Origin: Azolla caroliniana
Taxonomy: Eukaryota > Plantae > Polypodiophyta
Assembly (NCBI GenBank): GCA_043228905.1
Contig: JBHGNT010000003.1
Location: 21,576,001-21,640,000 of the forward strand
DNA: 64,000 nucleotides
Direction: 5' to 3'
Shown: positions 13,140 to 25,307 of the stretch, piece by piece
How positions within the stretch are numbered: the first letter of the stretch is position 1
Layout of the letters: the number at the start of each line of letters is the position of its first letter
Translations under genes and position numbers: made by a program
The notes under the pieces: model-generated
Databases searched by the model: none
Told to the model about the DNA's origin: nothing
What the model saw: the letters and a program-made list of their open reading frames with translations, nothing else

Positions 13140-13768
13140 CATACCCATCACATTCAAAAGTAGACAACCAAAACCATGATATTCCAAAAAATGAGTAGTT
13201 GTTAACAAAAATAAATATGCATTGCAAATGATAAAAAATGGGACATCATTAAAAAAGGACCAAGCACTTTTCCCATGACATGAAATTGAGATCTTCAATG
13301 TTTCTGGAAACCAATGTCATTTATAGTAACATGGAAAGTAAATTAGAATGATCAATTTCTGAAATGAATTCAAATGGGATACAACCACTAAAATCAATAA
13401 GCAAAGGATTAGCTAATGCTACAAATTGTGAAAGATTTTGAACACATTGTCTACATGTATACATACATGTTTGAGTTTCAACACATGGTTTCTATAATAT
13501 TTGATCTCAACACTTGCAAAGAGGAGAGTTTTATTGCATGACGTCAATTACAATTGTCTACCAATTTGTTACTTGTATAGATGCATTATTGTGGAATAGA
13601 TAGATTGCTGGACACAAGCATACGTAAACTAGATCAACTAAAAATTAAATCTCCCTTGTCATTTGGTATTATCATACAACTTGACATTGGAATACAACAA
13701 AATGGGAGGTATACTTAATCATAAAAAATAAAAGAAAGAAACATATTCACTAACCTGATTTTATTTTC

Positions 13769-13928
13769 TTGTTGTTGTTGTTGTTGTTGTTGTTCTTCTT
13801 CTTCTTCTTGTGCTTCTTCTTCTTCTTCTTCTTCTTCTTCTGCTTTTTCTGCTTCTTCTTCTTCTTCTAGTGCTTCTTCTTCTTCTGCTTTTTCTGTTTC
13901 TTCTTCTTCTTCTTCTTCTTCTTCTTCT
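13769..13928. repeat. Compound (TTG)n(TTC)n microsatellite within the hAT
   Basis: Seen directly; it explains the poly-R and poly-L ORFs in the track. Confidence 0.95.
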
Positions 13929-14021
13929 AAGTCTATTCTGTCCGTCTTTCTTCCTTCCTTCTATTTTACTAAAGTTGTTCTTTTCTTTTGCTTTCTTTAG
14001 GGTTTTACTCACATTTTCTAT

Positions 14022-14172
14022 AAATACGTACTATACGTATGTTTTTAAAGGTACGTTAAATACCGTATTAGACGAATGTATATGACATTTGAATGAACAA
14101 CTTTGACGTATGGTACGTACTATACAAATAAGAAGGTATTATACGTATTGATACATTAAATACACGTACGTA
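14022..14172. repeat. hAT right subterminal repeats (TACGTA)
   Basis: Dense tacgta/aatacg motifs adjacent to the right TIR. Confidence 0.75.
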
Positions 14173-14182
14173 AACAACGCTG

Positions 14183-14567
14183 AGTGGGTCTTTGCCGATG
14201 CTACCCACTGGTCGAAGCCGCGTCGTCCCCGGCTCTTCCGTCGTCCTCCATATGCCGGCAAGAGTGCCTCTTTGAAGGCCTCCCACGAACTATGAGCTTC
14301 TCGGAGCTCCATCACTTCCGCGTGCATACAGATGACGACGACCCGACAGAAGAACTCCAGCCTCAATGCCTCGTCTACGTCTCACTCCTCCATTTCCGCG
14401 TTGTAGGCTTCCAAGTAGAATGGGACTTTGTCCCCATTGAAATGGCTGACTCTTTCGACCACTCGCTCAACCGCTTGATGCGCCGACTCTTGTCTTGCTA
14501 TCGCTCGTCCAAACTCCCTCACCGCTTCGACAAAAAGTTGTGCGAAGTCGTCTTCTTCCAACTCCAT
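14183..14567 (-). pseudogene. X1 Gag N-terminal part
   Basis: MELEEDDF..QAVERVVERVSHFNGDKVPFYLEAYNAEMEE*..RLEFF..SWEAFKEALL..YG, homologous to the X2, X3 and G-type Gag N-termini. Confidence 0.8.
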
Positions 14568-14582
14568 TCTCCCTTGCCGCCT

Positions 14583-14600
14583 TTCACGTCGGGTTCACCA
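14583..14600 (-). promoter_or_regulatory. Primer binding site, tRNA-Trp type (X1)
   Basis: TGGTGAACCCGACGTGAA, complementary to the 3' 18 nt (UUCACGUCGGGUUCACCA) of plant cytosolic tRNA-Trp as I recall that sequence. Confidence 0.8.
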
Positions 14601-14604
14601 AATA

Positions 14605-14714
14605 TGTCGTGTTGTTACGCGCGTGCGTGTAGAAGGGCGGGACCACGGAGGTCTCGGACTAGGGAGAAAGGGGGTGCCGAAAAACCGACTCCGGACGCGT
14701 TCCGGAGGCAACCG

Positions 14715-14782
<68 letters not shown>

Positions 14783-15441
14783 GAGGGAGAGCGTGCGCGC
14801 GACACCGACTCCTTTGCACAGGAAGCAAAGGGGTTGTGCTTCCGACACCACCAAGTACACCGATATGCACAAACAAACGCAAATGTGTATATTACAAGGG
14901 AAATAATACAAATCCGGCTTCGAGTCGGACCAAGGTGGGTTACAGCCGCAGTTGGTTGCCAAGTCGCCGGTCGGGGAGCTCACGGGCTGTCGCGCCGAGC
15001 GGGGTCTTGCATAGAACCGAGCAGAAGCAAACCTCAAAAAGGGGGGGAGATACAACCACGACCCGAGCCGGCTACGCATAGAAGAAGAGAAACTAACCTG
15101 ACAGCTTGCCGTCATAGCTATTGCTCGACTCCTCGAGAAGGAGGAGAAAAGAAACGAAGACGAAAGGAAAGAATGTAAGTAACCCTAGAAAGGAAGCTCA
15201 AAATGGTATACCCTTACGACTCAAAATGGGCAACCCCTCTACAAAGGGCGCTCCCTTCCTTTTATAGAACAAGGAGAGGGATGTGTAACAATGTGGGACA
15301 AATCCCGACTTACATGGGATTCTCTGTCCGGACCTGGCTCCTATCATTCACACGCTTCTACAAGGGTGAGTGCACATGGTGCACACTGCCGATTCTCCCG
15401 ATATTCTCCGATTCCGCCTAGGGACGGTTTTCTCCACAACA
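14605..15441 (-). repeat. LTR-A (5' LTR of X1) with a long (GA)n tract at about 14718-14777
   Basis: Reads TGTTGTGGAGAAAACCG...CACGACA on the minus strand, with a TATAAAAGG core and the conserved U5 motif. Confidence 0.9.
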
Positions 15442-15664
15442 ATGTCGAGATAGACCAACACTTTTTCGTGCAAGAGACATCTTCCCATCCAGTCATCCTC
15501 GGCAAGCCATACATCACGACAGCTCGAATGGTGACCAAAGTGCTAGACAATGGTTCGCCCTACGCAAGGGTAAAGAGTTAGGATGGCCGTCACTCAGTCC
15601 AATTTTTGACGGCATGGCAGAATCATGAGCGTAATCAGGACACCCTCAGCAATAACGGCCGCGT

Positions 15665-15708
15665 GGATTTTTAGAAAGGACTAACAAGGAATGGAGCCAC
15701 GGTAGTCC
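15665..15708 (+). promoter_or_regulatory. Putative -1 ribosomal frameshift signal (G1)
   Basis: G GAT TTT followed by the Gag-PR stop TAG, 6-nt spacer, stem GGACTA (15678) / TAGTCC (15703). The -1 frame is open from 15665 into the RT-proximal ORF at 15935. Confidence 0.72.
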
Positions 15709-17459
15709 GGAAGACCGGAACAAATCCCACCCATGTTCCATAGGTAGGAAATTTTGGTTCTCCAACAATGGAGGTTGTACGATAACCAGTGTCGGCGGCC
15801 AGGAAAGGAAGAGGATCGAGGAGCGTCTTACGGCGTGCGAGGCCCTTAGCTCCGACGATGAGAAGGCGGTCTCATTCGACGACACCCTTGGCGAGATCAG
15901 GAAGGTTGTCGAAGAAGGCCTGAGTGAAGACTGGGTGATTCCGGTTGGTTCCGTGGAAATGTACAAAGTTATTGCGGACTTCGTGGAGAAGGTAGGGTCT
16001 GATCAGACGGCCAACATAGACATGAGGTACAAGACTGTGGACCGGAAGGTGAGGCCAGTCGCGGCACCCTTGCTGGAGGGCAGCGAGGAGCGAATGAAGG
16101 GGGTCGCATCAGACCCAAGTTTGCGGAATCCGGCTGGCATAGGACATCAGTTCATTGACGCGACGCGATCGGTGGGGGTGGCTTTCTATGGCCGATGGAG
16201 GAATTCTGGTTTCGAAGGATGCTCGGGAGGCACGGGAAGGCCTTCGCATTCTCCCTGGAGGAGATCAGGTTCATGGACCCGATGATAGTGGAGCTGATGG
16301 TTATCTTCACGATACCGCATGTGCTGTGGAATCTCAAACCAATTCCGATACCTAGAGCTCACATCCCGAAGTTGATGGAGCTGTTGAAGTAAAAGGTGGA
16401 GATGGACATTCTCGAGCTGTCGAGTGCCATGTATTCAAACCGGTGGTTTACCATGCCAAAGAAGAACGACACGTTGCGCTTCATTTAAGACCTGCAGCCG
16501 GTCAATAAAGTGACCATTTGAAACGCGGGAATCGGGCCAACCATTGATGAGTTTGCGGAAGCCTTCGCGGGAAGGTCAATCTATTCGGTTGGCGATCTGT
16601 ACTCAGGATACGACCAATTCCAACTAGCCATAGAGAGCAGGGATATTACGACAATGCGAACTCCCCTCAACTTAGTGCAGATGAGTACCCTGCCGCAAGG
16701 GGGGACCAACTCAGTGGCGCACATGGTGAACGCAATGAACAAGGTGCTAAGGGACTGCATCCGGACATCACCATGCCATTCTTGGACGACATCTTGATCA
16801 AGGGATGTCTAGTGGAAGATAAGGATGAATCGGTCGGGCTGGACGGATGTCGGAGGTTCGTGGTGGACCACATCGACAACTGCGAGAAGGTGCTACGGAG
16901 GCTCGAGAATGCGCGGCTCACCTTCTCCGGAGAGAAGTCGGCTTTCGGGCAATCCGAAATCTTGGTGGTCGGAGACTTGTGTGTGTCGGGAATACGCCTC
17001 TCTAAGCTATGCTCGGCCACAACTGAGACGTCGGATCAATCACAGAAAACAGGGATGTGGGAAGCTGTATCTACACACGAAACAGTAAAGAAGAGAGTGC
17101 ACAGGATGTTAACACGGAAAACCCAAATATGGGACCGCGGCAGCCCTCAGATTGCAAACTATCACTATGTAAAATAATACAACAATGGGGCACAGAGGCA
17201 ATGACCTCTTGCTCCCTCGCTTCGCCACCAGGCGGTTACAACAGAGACACAATCTCTGTATATCGTTCTCTCTCTCTCTATTACGCATTGTACAGAGGTT
17301 ACACCAACAACAACTCTATCATCATTTTTGCCCTAGGTCATATTTATACTAATATGACTTTCGGGCTATTTACAAATATAGCCCCAGTGGGCTCTCTGGA
17401 ACATATTTACATATATGTCCCTTCCATTCGATGAGAGGTTCTCACTGGGCCTGCAACAC

Positions 17460-17591
17460 CCGGTTCTCAACGGGTCTTCCGTTGCCGGGTACGCCACATC
17501 CGGTCCTCACCGGTTCTTTCGTTTCCGGGTATTCCACATCCGGTTCTCAGCGGGTCTTCCGTTGCCGGGTACTCCACATCCGGTTCTCACC
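17460..17591. repeat. 40-bp tandem repeat (3 units plus partial) in U3 of the C2 3' LTR
   Basis: ccggttctca.cgggtcttccgttgccgggtac.ccacat at 17460, 17500 and 17540; only one full unit in the 5' LTR (22888-22927). Confidence 0.9.
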
Positions 17592-17630
17592 TTCCATCGG
17601 GAGGGACCTATTTCCTAACAAACTCCCCCT

Positions 17631-20600
17631 TCACTCCGGCATTGGATGTCTTACTAGTTCGATCCGCTTTCGACATGCATCCAGCTTGTCAGGTATCAGC
17701 ACTTTGGTCAGCATATCTGACCCGTTCTTGGCCATGGGGATCTTCATCAACGCGAACTCTCGATCTTCTACTCGCTCCCGGATCCAGTGATACCTACGCT
17801 GGATATGCTTCATCCTGGAATGGTACGCTACATTCTTAGCAAGGTGGATGGCACTTTGACTGTCGCAATAGAGCCGGTATTCATCTTGCCGGATACCGAG
17901 CTCTCCGATGAAGTCCTTCATCCATAATATTTCCTTGCCGGCTTCCACAACCACCATGTACTCCGCCTCCGTGGTTGACAACGCAACCGTCTTGTGCAGC
18001 CTCGATTGCCACGAAACAGCTCCCCCTGCATATGTCATTACATACGCGGATGTAGACCGACTGGTATCCACATCAACTGACATGTCCGAATCGGTAAAAC
18101 CGTCAAGTTGAGGTTTACCGGAGCCGAATCGGAGACACATATTCGAAGTGCCCTTCAAGTACCGGAGTATCCATTTGACTGTGTTGTCATGTAGAATTTC
18201 GGCTAGAGGCGGAAACCGGGAAATATTGGCTACATTGACGGGGTGCAGCATGTGCGGTCACCCTTGTACATTTATTGTGAATAAGTAGGAGTCAAGTCGG
18301 TAGAGAGAATCCCATGTAAGTCAGGATTTATCCCACATTGTAGTGCATCTCCCTCCTTGTTCTATAAAAGGAAGGGAGCGCCTCTTGTGAGAGGGTTGCC
18401 CATTTTTGCATTCGTAGGGTAAATACCGTTAGAGGAGGAAACATTCTCTCTTCCTCTTTCTTTCCTCTTGTTTACGGTTTCGTTTCTTTTCTCTGCTTCT
18501 TCCTCTTCGTTGTTCTGAGTATCGAGCCTTGGCATCTCGTGTTCCTGTTTTCTACCCGTTCTCTATGCAAGACCCCGCTCGGCACGACAAGCCCGAGAGC
18601 TCCCCCGATCGGCGGCTTGGCAATAGACGACTGTTGTAACCTGAGCTACTTAGGTCGGGCTCGATACCAGTATTGTATCTTAGTCTTGTAATATATGCAT
18701 GGAGGGTTCTGCGCACTGGTGTTTGTGTGGGTGTTTTGGTGTTCTCTTACCTCCGTTTCTGTACATAATGGCGTGAGTTGGGTCGGCGTGGTGTGTGTGT
18801 GTGGGTGTGAGTCGATGTCAAACGCGCGCTCTCTCTCTTTCTCTCTCTAGTTCGGTTGCTTCCGGAACGCGTCCGGAATTGTCTTCTCGGCTTCCCTTCT
18901 TCCCTCGTCCGAGACCCCCGTGGTCCCGCCCTTATACATGCACGCGCGAAACTTCGCGATAGCGTTCCAGTGCTCCTTGCCAGGATTGCTCATAAACCGG
19001 CTCACCACTCCAACTACGTATCCAATATCCGGTCGAGTACACACCATTGCGTACATTAAGCTCCCGACGACAGAGGCATATGGCACCTTCATCATATCCG
19101 CCTTCTCTGCTTTCGTCTTCGGGCTTTGCTTACCGGATAATCTGCAGTTTGCCAGAAGTGTCGATCCGACCGGTTTTGCGTCTGACATGTTGAACCGCTA
19201 AAGCACCTTTGTCACGTACTTCTCCTGTGACAACCACAATTGCTTCTTTGGCCGGTCCCGAATGATATACATCCCCAGCATCTGTCTTGCCGGACCCAAG
19301 TCTTTCATTGCGAAAGTTCGGTTGAGAGCCTTTTTCAACATCCGTATTTTGGCTTGGTCCCGTCCGACGATCAACATGTCGTCCACGTACAGAAGGAGTA
19401 TCAGGAAGTCGCCTCCTTTGAACTTCTTCACAAACACGCAATGATCGGCTTGCGTCTTGTGGTACCCTTGATCGGTCATGAAGGAGTCGAACTTCCGGTA
19501 CCATTGTCGGGGAGCCTGCTTCAGTCTGTACAGGCTCTTCTTCAACCGGCAAACCAGGTGCTCCTTCCCTTTCTCCACGAATCCTTCCGGTTGCTGCATG
19601 TAGATCTCCTCTTCGAGGTCACCGTGAAGGAATGTCGTCTTCACGTCCAGCCGCTATACTCAGCATCGTTCGGATGGAGATCATCTTTACTACCGGGGCA
19701 AATATCTCGTCAAAGTCCACGCCCTTCTTCTGCTGGAACCCCTTCACCACGATCCTGGCTTTGTATCTCGGGGAGTTGTCGGCATCTCCCGGTTTCAACT
19801 TGTACACCCACCTGTTTTGGAGTGCCCGCTTTCCTTTCGGCAACTCCACCAATTCGTACGTATGGTTCTCATGCATGGAATCCATCTCATCTTGCATGGC
19901 ACTTAACCATTTGCGGCTATGGGCATCACCTTTAGCTTCCTCAAAGCTTTCTGGCTCTCCCTCATCGGTCAGTAGCACATGCTCTGCATTCGGAAATCTT
20001 TAGGGGGGCCTTCTCTCTCTGAGAGGATATCTCTGTCTTTGACCTTCGGCAACCGGCTCCACTATTTGATCTTCATCCGAATCTGATTCGGGGTCTTGGC
20101 CGGTTCCGATTTCAGCTTCCTCTACTTCTTTTTCTGCCGGTTCGTTATCCTCACCGTAACCGGTTGGTTCCTCGAGTGTCAACCAGCTCTTAGCCGGGTG
20201 TGTCCGAATCTCATCAGAGCTCATTATCTTCTTCTCCAACTCCCAGTCGGCAAGAGTCTTGTCCTCCATGAAGATAATATCTCGACTCCGGAATACCTTC
20301 TTGTCAACCGGATCCCACACTCGGTAGTCGAACTCATCATCGCCGTATCCGAGGAATACACATGGCCGGGTCTTTGGATCCAACTTTCCTCTCCGGTCCT
20401 TAGCAACATGCACGTATGCGAGACACCCGAATACCTTCAGATGCCGGTAGGACACTTTCTTACCGGTCCAGACTCTCTGTGGTGTGTCTCCGTCCAAGGG
20501 TACTGAGGGTGATCTGTTTATCACATATGTTGTCGTCGACAGTACCTCAGCCCAAAACTTCTTGGGTAATTTTGCATGCGCCAGCATACTCCGGACCCTC

Positions 20601-22406
20601 TCCATTATGGTCTGGTTCATCCTCTCGGCCAACCCGTTTAGTTCCGGCGTCTTCAGCACGGCAAATTCGAGCCGGATTCCCTTCAAACGACAGTACTCCT
20701 CGAATTGCCCCCGATATTCACCTCCGTTATCTGCTTGAACCACCTTCAGCTTCCGGCCGGTTTCTCTTTCCACTCTCGCATAGAGCTCTTTGAAGACGGA
20801 TAGCACCTGATCCTTCGTCTTCAACGGTGTGGCCCGCAACTTCCGGCTGTGGTCATCTATGAACGTCACGAAGTACTGCGATCCGGCATGTGACTTCGGG
20901 TCCACTTGACACACATCAGTATGCACCAACTCCAGTGGTGCATTACGTCTCATCGGTGGCCTCGATCGGAAGGAGGTCCGGTTTTGTTTACTAGCCAGAC
21001 AATTAGTGCACTTCTCCAAGTGCACGTTCTTCACTGGAATGAGGTTGTCGTCTGCAAGCCTCTTCATCCCCTTCTCGCTCATGTGACACAGCCTCTTGTG
21101 CCACAGCTCACCGGCAGTGTCGAAAGCCACGTTCACTTCTTCCGGGCATAACCGGGCATTCATCAGGTACAACGTGTTGACCTTCCCTGTCCGAGCCACA
21201 ATTAGGCTCCCTTTGTTGAACTTCATAACACCATTCCGGATGCTACCTATGTAGCCTTCATCATCTAGCCGATCGGCTGATATTAGGTTCAGACAAACCT
21301 CCGGAACATGTCAGACATCCTTCAGCAGCAGCTTGCATCCGGGGGGTTGTCAACCACATGTCTCCTATGCCGACAATTTGGCATGTACCTTCATTCCCCA
21401 TCCGGACACAACCATGATCACCAGCTGTGTAGGATGAGAAGTATTTACGGTCCGGGGTAAGGTGGAACGACGCTCCGGAATCAACAACCCACATTGTCTC
21501 GTCGCCGGCAAGGTTCAACTCACTCTCCTCGGTGATGAGCATCAACTCTTCTTCACTTGTCGCGATTGCCATCGTTCCATTCCGGTCCGTTCCCCTCCGG
21601 TCTTTACCGTTCCGGTCCGATGTCCGCTTCGAATCGATACCATCGGTTTCCTTATCTTTTCGGAAATGCCGACAGTTTTTCTGGAAGTGTCCCGGCTTGC
21701 CGCAATAGAAGCAAGTAGGCCTTCCCCTTGACTTTGACCGTGTCCCTGACTTCTCCCGGTTCTGGGGACTACGGTTCCTTTGTCTTCCGTGTTCTGATTC
21801 GGTAAGGAGCGCTTTCGAGTCGGAGCTCATATCCTTATCTTTCCGACACGCCTCTTCATCTAGCAAGCTCGACTTCACTCTTGCTAGGGATAACCGTTTC
21901 CCTTCTGGCCTGGCATTGCCCAAAGTGACAACCAACGTCTCCCACCTATCTGGGAGGGAACCAAGCAGGAGTAGTGCTAGTACCTCATCGGCGAGAGGTA
22001 CTTCCAATGATGTTGCTTGGTGAATCAGCCCCTGGAAGGCATTCATGTGCTCCACCATGCTGGAGCCATCTTGGTACCGGAGTCTTACTAGCTTCCGAAA
22101 TACCGAAACCTGATTAACAACATTTTTGTTCTGAAATATAATGTCGATCTTCTCCCAGAGCTCATGAGCCTTGCTCTCTTCATTGAAGTTGTTGTATAGA
22201 CTCATGTCAATGAAGCACCGTATGTACGTCGTTGTCTTCATGTGCACCGGTCTCTTGTCCCCAAACTGAACTGGCAACCAAAGGTCTTTAACCACGAGCA
22301 TGTCCCTCATCTTCGACTTCCACACGGAATAGTTGGAGCCGGTGAGCTTGAACATGCCTCCCAATGAATCATCCAGCTTTTCTATGTCGTTTCGCTCTGA
22401 TACCAC
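17631..22406 (-). pseudogene. C2 gag-pol remnant
   Basis: KLTGSNYSVWKSKM, CFYCGKPGH..C, WVVDSGASFH, LVHTDVC..DNGGEY..LNGLAER, LYVDD and ALSTTEAEY. Frameshifts, and a solo LTR inserted in RT. Confidence 0.93.
18185..18961 (+). mobile_element. Solo LTR-B of the gypsy lineage, inserted in C2 RT
   Basis: TGTCATGTAGAATTTCGG...CGCGAAACTTCGCGATA. 4-bp TSD GTGT (18181) / GCGT (18962). Removing it restores EHWNAVKWIL. Confidence 0.9.
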
Positions 22407-24185
22407 TTTGTCGGGAATACGCGCTCTAAGCTATGCTCGGCCACAACAAAGACGTCCAATCAATCACAGAAAACAGGGATGTGGGAAGTTGTATCTACAC
22501 ACGAAATAGTAAAGAAGAGAGTGCACACGATGTTAACGTGGAAAACCCAAATATGGGAAAAACCACGACAGCCCTCAGACTGCGAACTATCACTATGTAA
22601 AGTAATACAACAATGGGGCACAGAGGCAACGACCTCTTGCTCCCTCGCTTCGCCACCAGGCGGTTACAACAGAGACACAATCTCTGTATATCGTTCTCTC
22701 TCTCTCTATTACACACTGTACAGAGGTTACACCAACAACAACTCTATCATCATTTTTGCCCTAGGTCATATTTATACTAATATGACTTTCGGGCTATTTA
22801 CAAATATAGCCCCAGTGGGCTCTCTGGAACATATTTACATATATGTCCCTTCCATTCGATGAGAGGTTCTCACCGGGCCTGCAACACCCGGTTCTCACCG
22901 GGTCTTCCGTTGCCGGGTACTCCACATCCGGTTCTCACCTTCCATCCAGAGGGACCTATTTCCTAACAGTGTGGGCCTTATGATCGGAAACCGTCTCCGG
23001 CAAAGGTGGAGGCCATCTCCGTGATGAAGGAAGAATGCAAGTTGATTACAAAGGTCCGGAGGTTCTTGGGTGTGTGCGTGTTCTACCACATCTGGATTCC
23101 GCATTACGCACATGTTGCGGAACCACTCTACGGGTTGCTGAAAAAGGGGCGTAATTTCGAATGGGCCGAAGAGCACACGTAGGCGGTCCGGAGACTAAAA
23201 CAAAGGCTTACAACTGCATTGGCTTTATGGAAAGTTGTATACAAAGCAGACACTCCAGTTTACATCACAGTAGATACCAACCCAACCGGAATTGGATGGG
23301 TCGTAAATCAAGAAGATGAGAACGATACGCGTTTCCCCATTCGATTCGGTGCGAAGGTATTGAGCGACCGACCACGGGGATACGTCCAGGTCAAGCGCGA
23401 ACTTTGGGGTATCGTTTTGGCGGTTAAGGCCGACAAGGACTACTTAATCGGGACATAAGTGATTGTGGAAATGAACTGCCTACCAATTCTCGGTATGGTT
23501 TCCAAGTGCGCAACTCTTGACCTAGCCATGCTCATATGGATTGCATACATCAAGCCCCTAAACCCGGAAATACGGCACATTTCCGGAAAGGACAACGCCA
23601 TGGCCGATATGCTTTCCAAAGCGAGGTTCGAGAACGAGGACGACATGGTGTCAGAAGACTAAGAAGTCGGCGTAGACTTCTTCAAATCAGCGCGGATGAA
23701 GGTAAATAGGCGAAGCACTCCGCCCTTGAACGAGTTCAACGAGGAAGACTACGACGGGGAGTGGCTTCTAATCGGAAGGTTCCTAAGAACGATGACGGCG
23801 GATGCATCATGGACAAGGGAGGAGGCGAGTCAACTCCAGAAGAGGGCATACAGGTACTTCCTACGAAAGGGGAAAATCTAGAGGCATCTGAAGAAGCGGA
23901 ACAACGCGCCACTCCGGGTAGTAGCACGAACCAAGGATCAAGCAAAGCTGATATCAGAGTTCCACGAAAGCCCTTGGTTCGGGCATCGGGGTACATGGGC
24001 CACGTTCGAGAAGCTAAAGGATAAGTACTGGTGCCCGGGGATGTATAAAAGCGTGCACCACTTCGTGTCGACATGCGAGAGATGCCATATGCACTTAGTG
24101 GTTCGAACCCACGATGAGCTGCACCTAACTTACCCGTCGGCCATACACTTCAAGTGGATGGTTGACTTGGTGACGATGTCGATGG

Positions 24186-24374
24186 TGTTGGGAATATGTC
24201 CCTCCAGTGGGAGGAGGAACCGACTGTCCAGAAGTTGCTGACAATCGATGACTACAGGGAGCCGACTGATCGGACCAAGGAGTGCCGATAGTCGAAGACA
24301 GGGAAGATCCGACTGTTCGGAAAGCCAACAATCGAAGAGTCGAAAATAGTGAGTCGACTGTTTGATAGTTCGAC

Positions 24375-24414
<40 letters not shown>

Positions 24415-24542
24415 GAAATAATAATAATGATACGTAGCAGAGGCTACATTTCTAAATAGCCCATACAATGTATAAGTATAATTACACTTAGGGCAAAAAC
24501 GTGAGTGAATAATTGTAGAACAAAAGTAGCGTGAGAGCGCGT
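24186..24542 (+). repeat. Partial LTR of a C2-related copia family, with (TTA)n at about 24375-24413
   Basis: Starts TGTTGGGAATATGTCCCTC, like the C2 LTR start TGTTAGGAAATAGGTCCCTC. Shares ggcta.attt.taaatagccc and tagggcaaaaa with it. Cut by G2. Confidence 0.7.
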
Positions 24543-25307
24543 TGTCGCGTTGTTACACGCGTGCGTGGAGAACAAGGTGGGACCACTGGGGTCTTGGACC
24601 GAGGAATAGGTGAGGAAAAGAGAGAGAGCGAGAGAGAGAGAGACGCTCACTCATGTATAGACAAAGAAGCGCACGGGGACGTGTCACAACAACACAGGAG
24701 ACGCAAGTTGAGAACACTAGAGTGTGTATGTAAATATAGGCATGTATTTGTATGTATGCAGACGACTCGAACGGTTACAGCCGACCAGGTCGGCGAGGTG
24801 GGTGTTGACGCCTGATCACCCACGCACACAGGAGAGCAAGATGGAGATTCTGCCGGAAGCACACAGGCGTTCCACGGAGCAGAATCAGCCTCCTGAGAGC
24901 CTGCGCAAAAGAAAGCTATGGAGAACGACAGAGAAGAAGAGCTCGGTCCCAGTCCGACAGCACTTCGTTCCCTCTAGCGCGCGATATCTTCTCTCCCCCG
25001 TCTCCCTCTCTTTTATAGCTCAAGGAGGGAGGCCGTTTCACCCGTTTACATCACATTAATTCTCTGTCCTTTCGGACAGAGATACTCCTCGATTTACCTT
25101 ATAGAATATTGCTACCTAGGATTTAACCTTTGTGCCTACCTATCTACTATACGACAAGGGACGTGCCCATGTGTAAGGGCCGGTTCACACACACTATACA
25201 CGGTTTGCGCCTGGGGACAGTTTTCTTCACGACATCTGCCCCCACCTAACTGCGCATCCACCGGTATGCGCCATAATTGGGTTTACGGGAGAAAACCGAT
25301 CCTTGCG

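Larger units (their letters stand above)
3828..14182 (-). mobile_element. hAT superfamily DNA transposon (~5.4 kb without the nested copia)
   Basis: 8-bp TSD AGTGGGTC at 3820-3827 and 14183-14190. Imperfect TIRs CATGGTTGTT-AGGTACG and CAGCGTTGTTTACGTACG. TACGT-rich subterminal regions and an internal hAT transposase. Confidence 0.93.
1..15441 (-). mobile_element. Non-autonomous Gag-only Ty3/gypsy-derived LTR element X1 (3' end outside window; interrupted by hAT)
   Basis: 5' LTR 14605-15441, tRNA-Trp PBS 14583-14600, and Gag capsid-like coding at 14567-14183 that continues at 3827-2747, then repeat-rich sequence with no pol. Sequence either side of the hAT joins to match the uninterrupted copy at 45120-45170. 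Confidence 0.85.
16984..22968 (-). mobile_element. Ty1/copia element C2 (Tnt1-like), both LTRs present
   Basis: TSD GTGTG at 16979-16983 and 22969-22973. LTRs 16984-17620 and 22409-22968. PBS TGGTATCAGAGC 22394-22405. PPT AGGGGGAG at about 17623-17630. Confidence 0.96.
15442..24185 (+). mobile_element. Degenerate Ty3/gypsy element G1 (PR-RT at 15442-16983, RH-INT at 22969-24185), split by copia C2
   Basis: VEIDQHFFVQETSSHPVILG, DLYSGYDQF, LPQGGTNSV, PFLDDILIKG, DTNPTGIG..RELWG and GHRG..C..C. Many stops. Confidence 0.9.

Noticed and set aside
13761-14085. Poly-Arg and poly-Leu ORFs
   Set aside because: They are translations of the (TTC/TTG)n microsatellite.
14583-14600. tRNA gene
   Set aside because: Only the 18-nt 3' end including CCA matches, and it sits next to an LTR, so it is a PBS.
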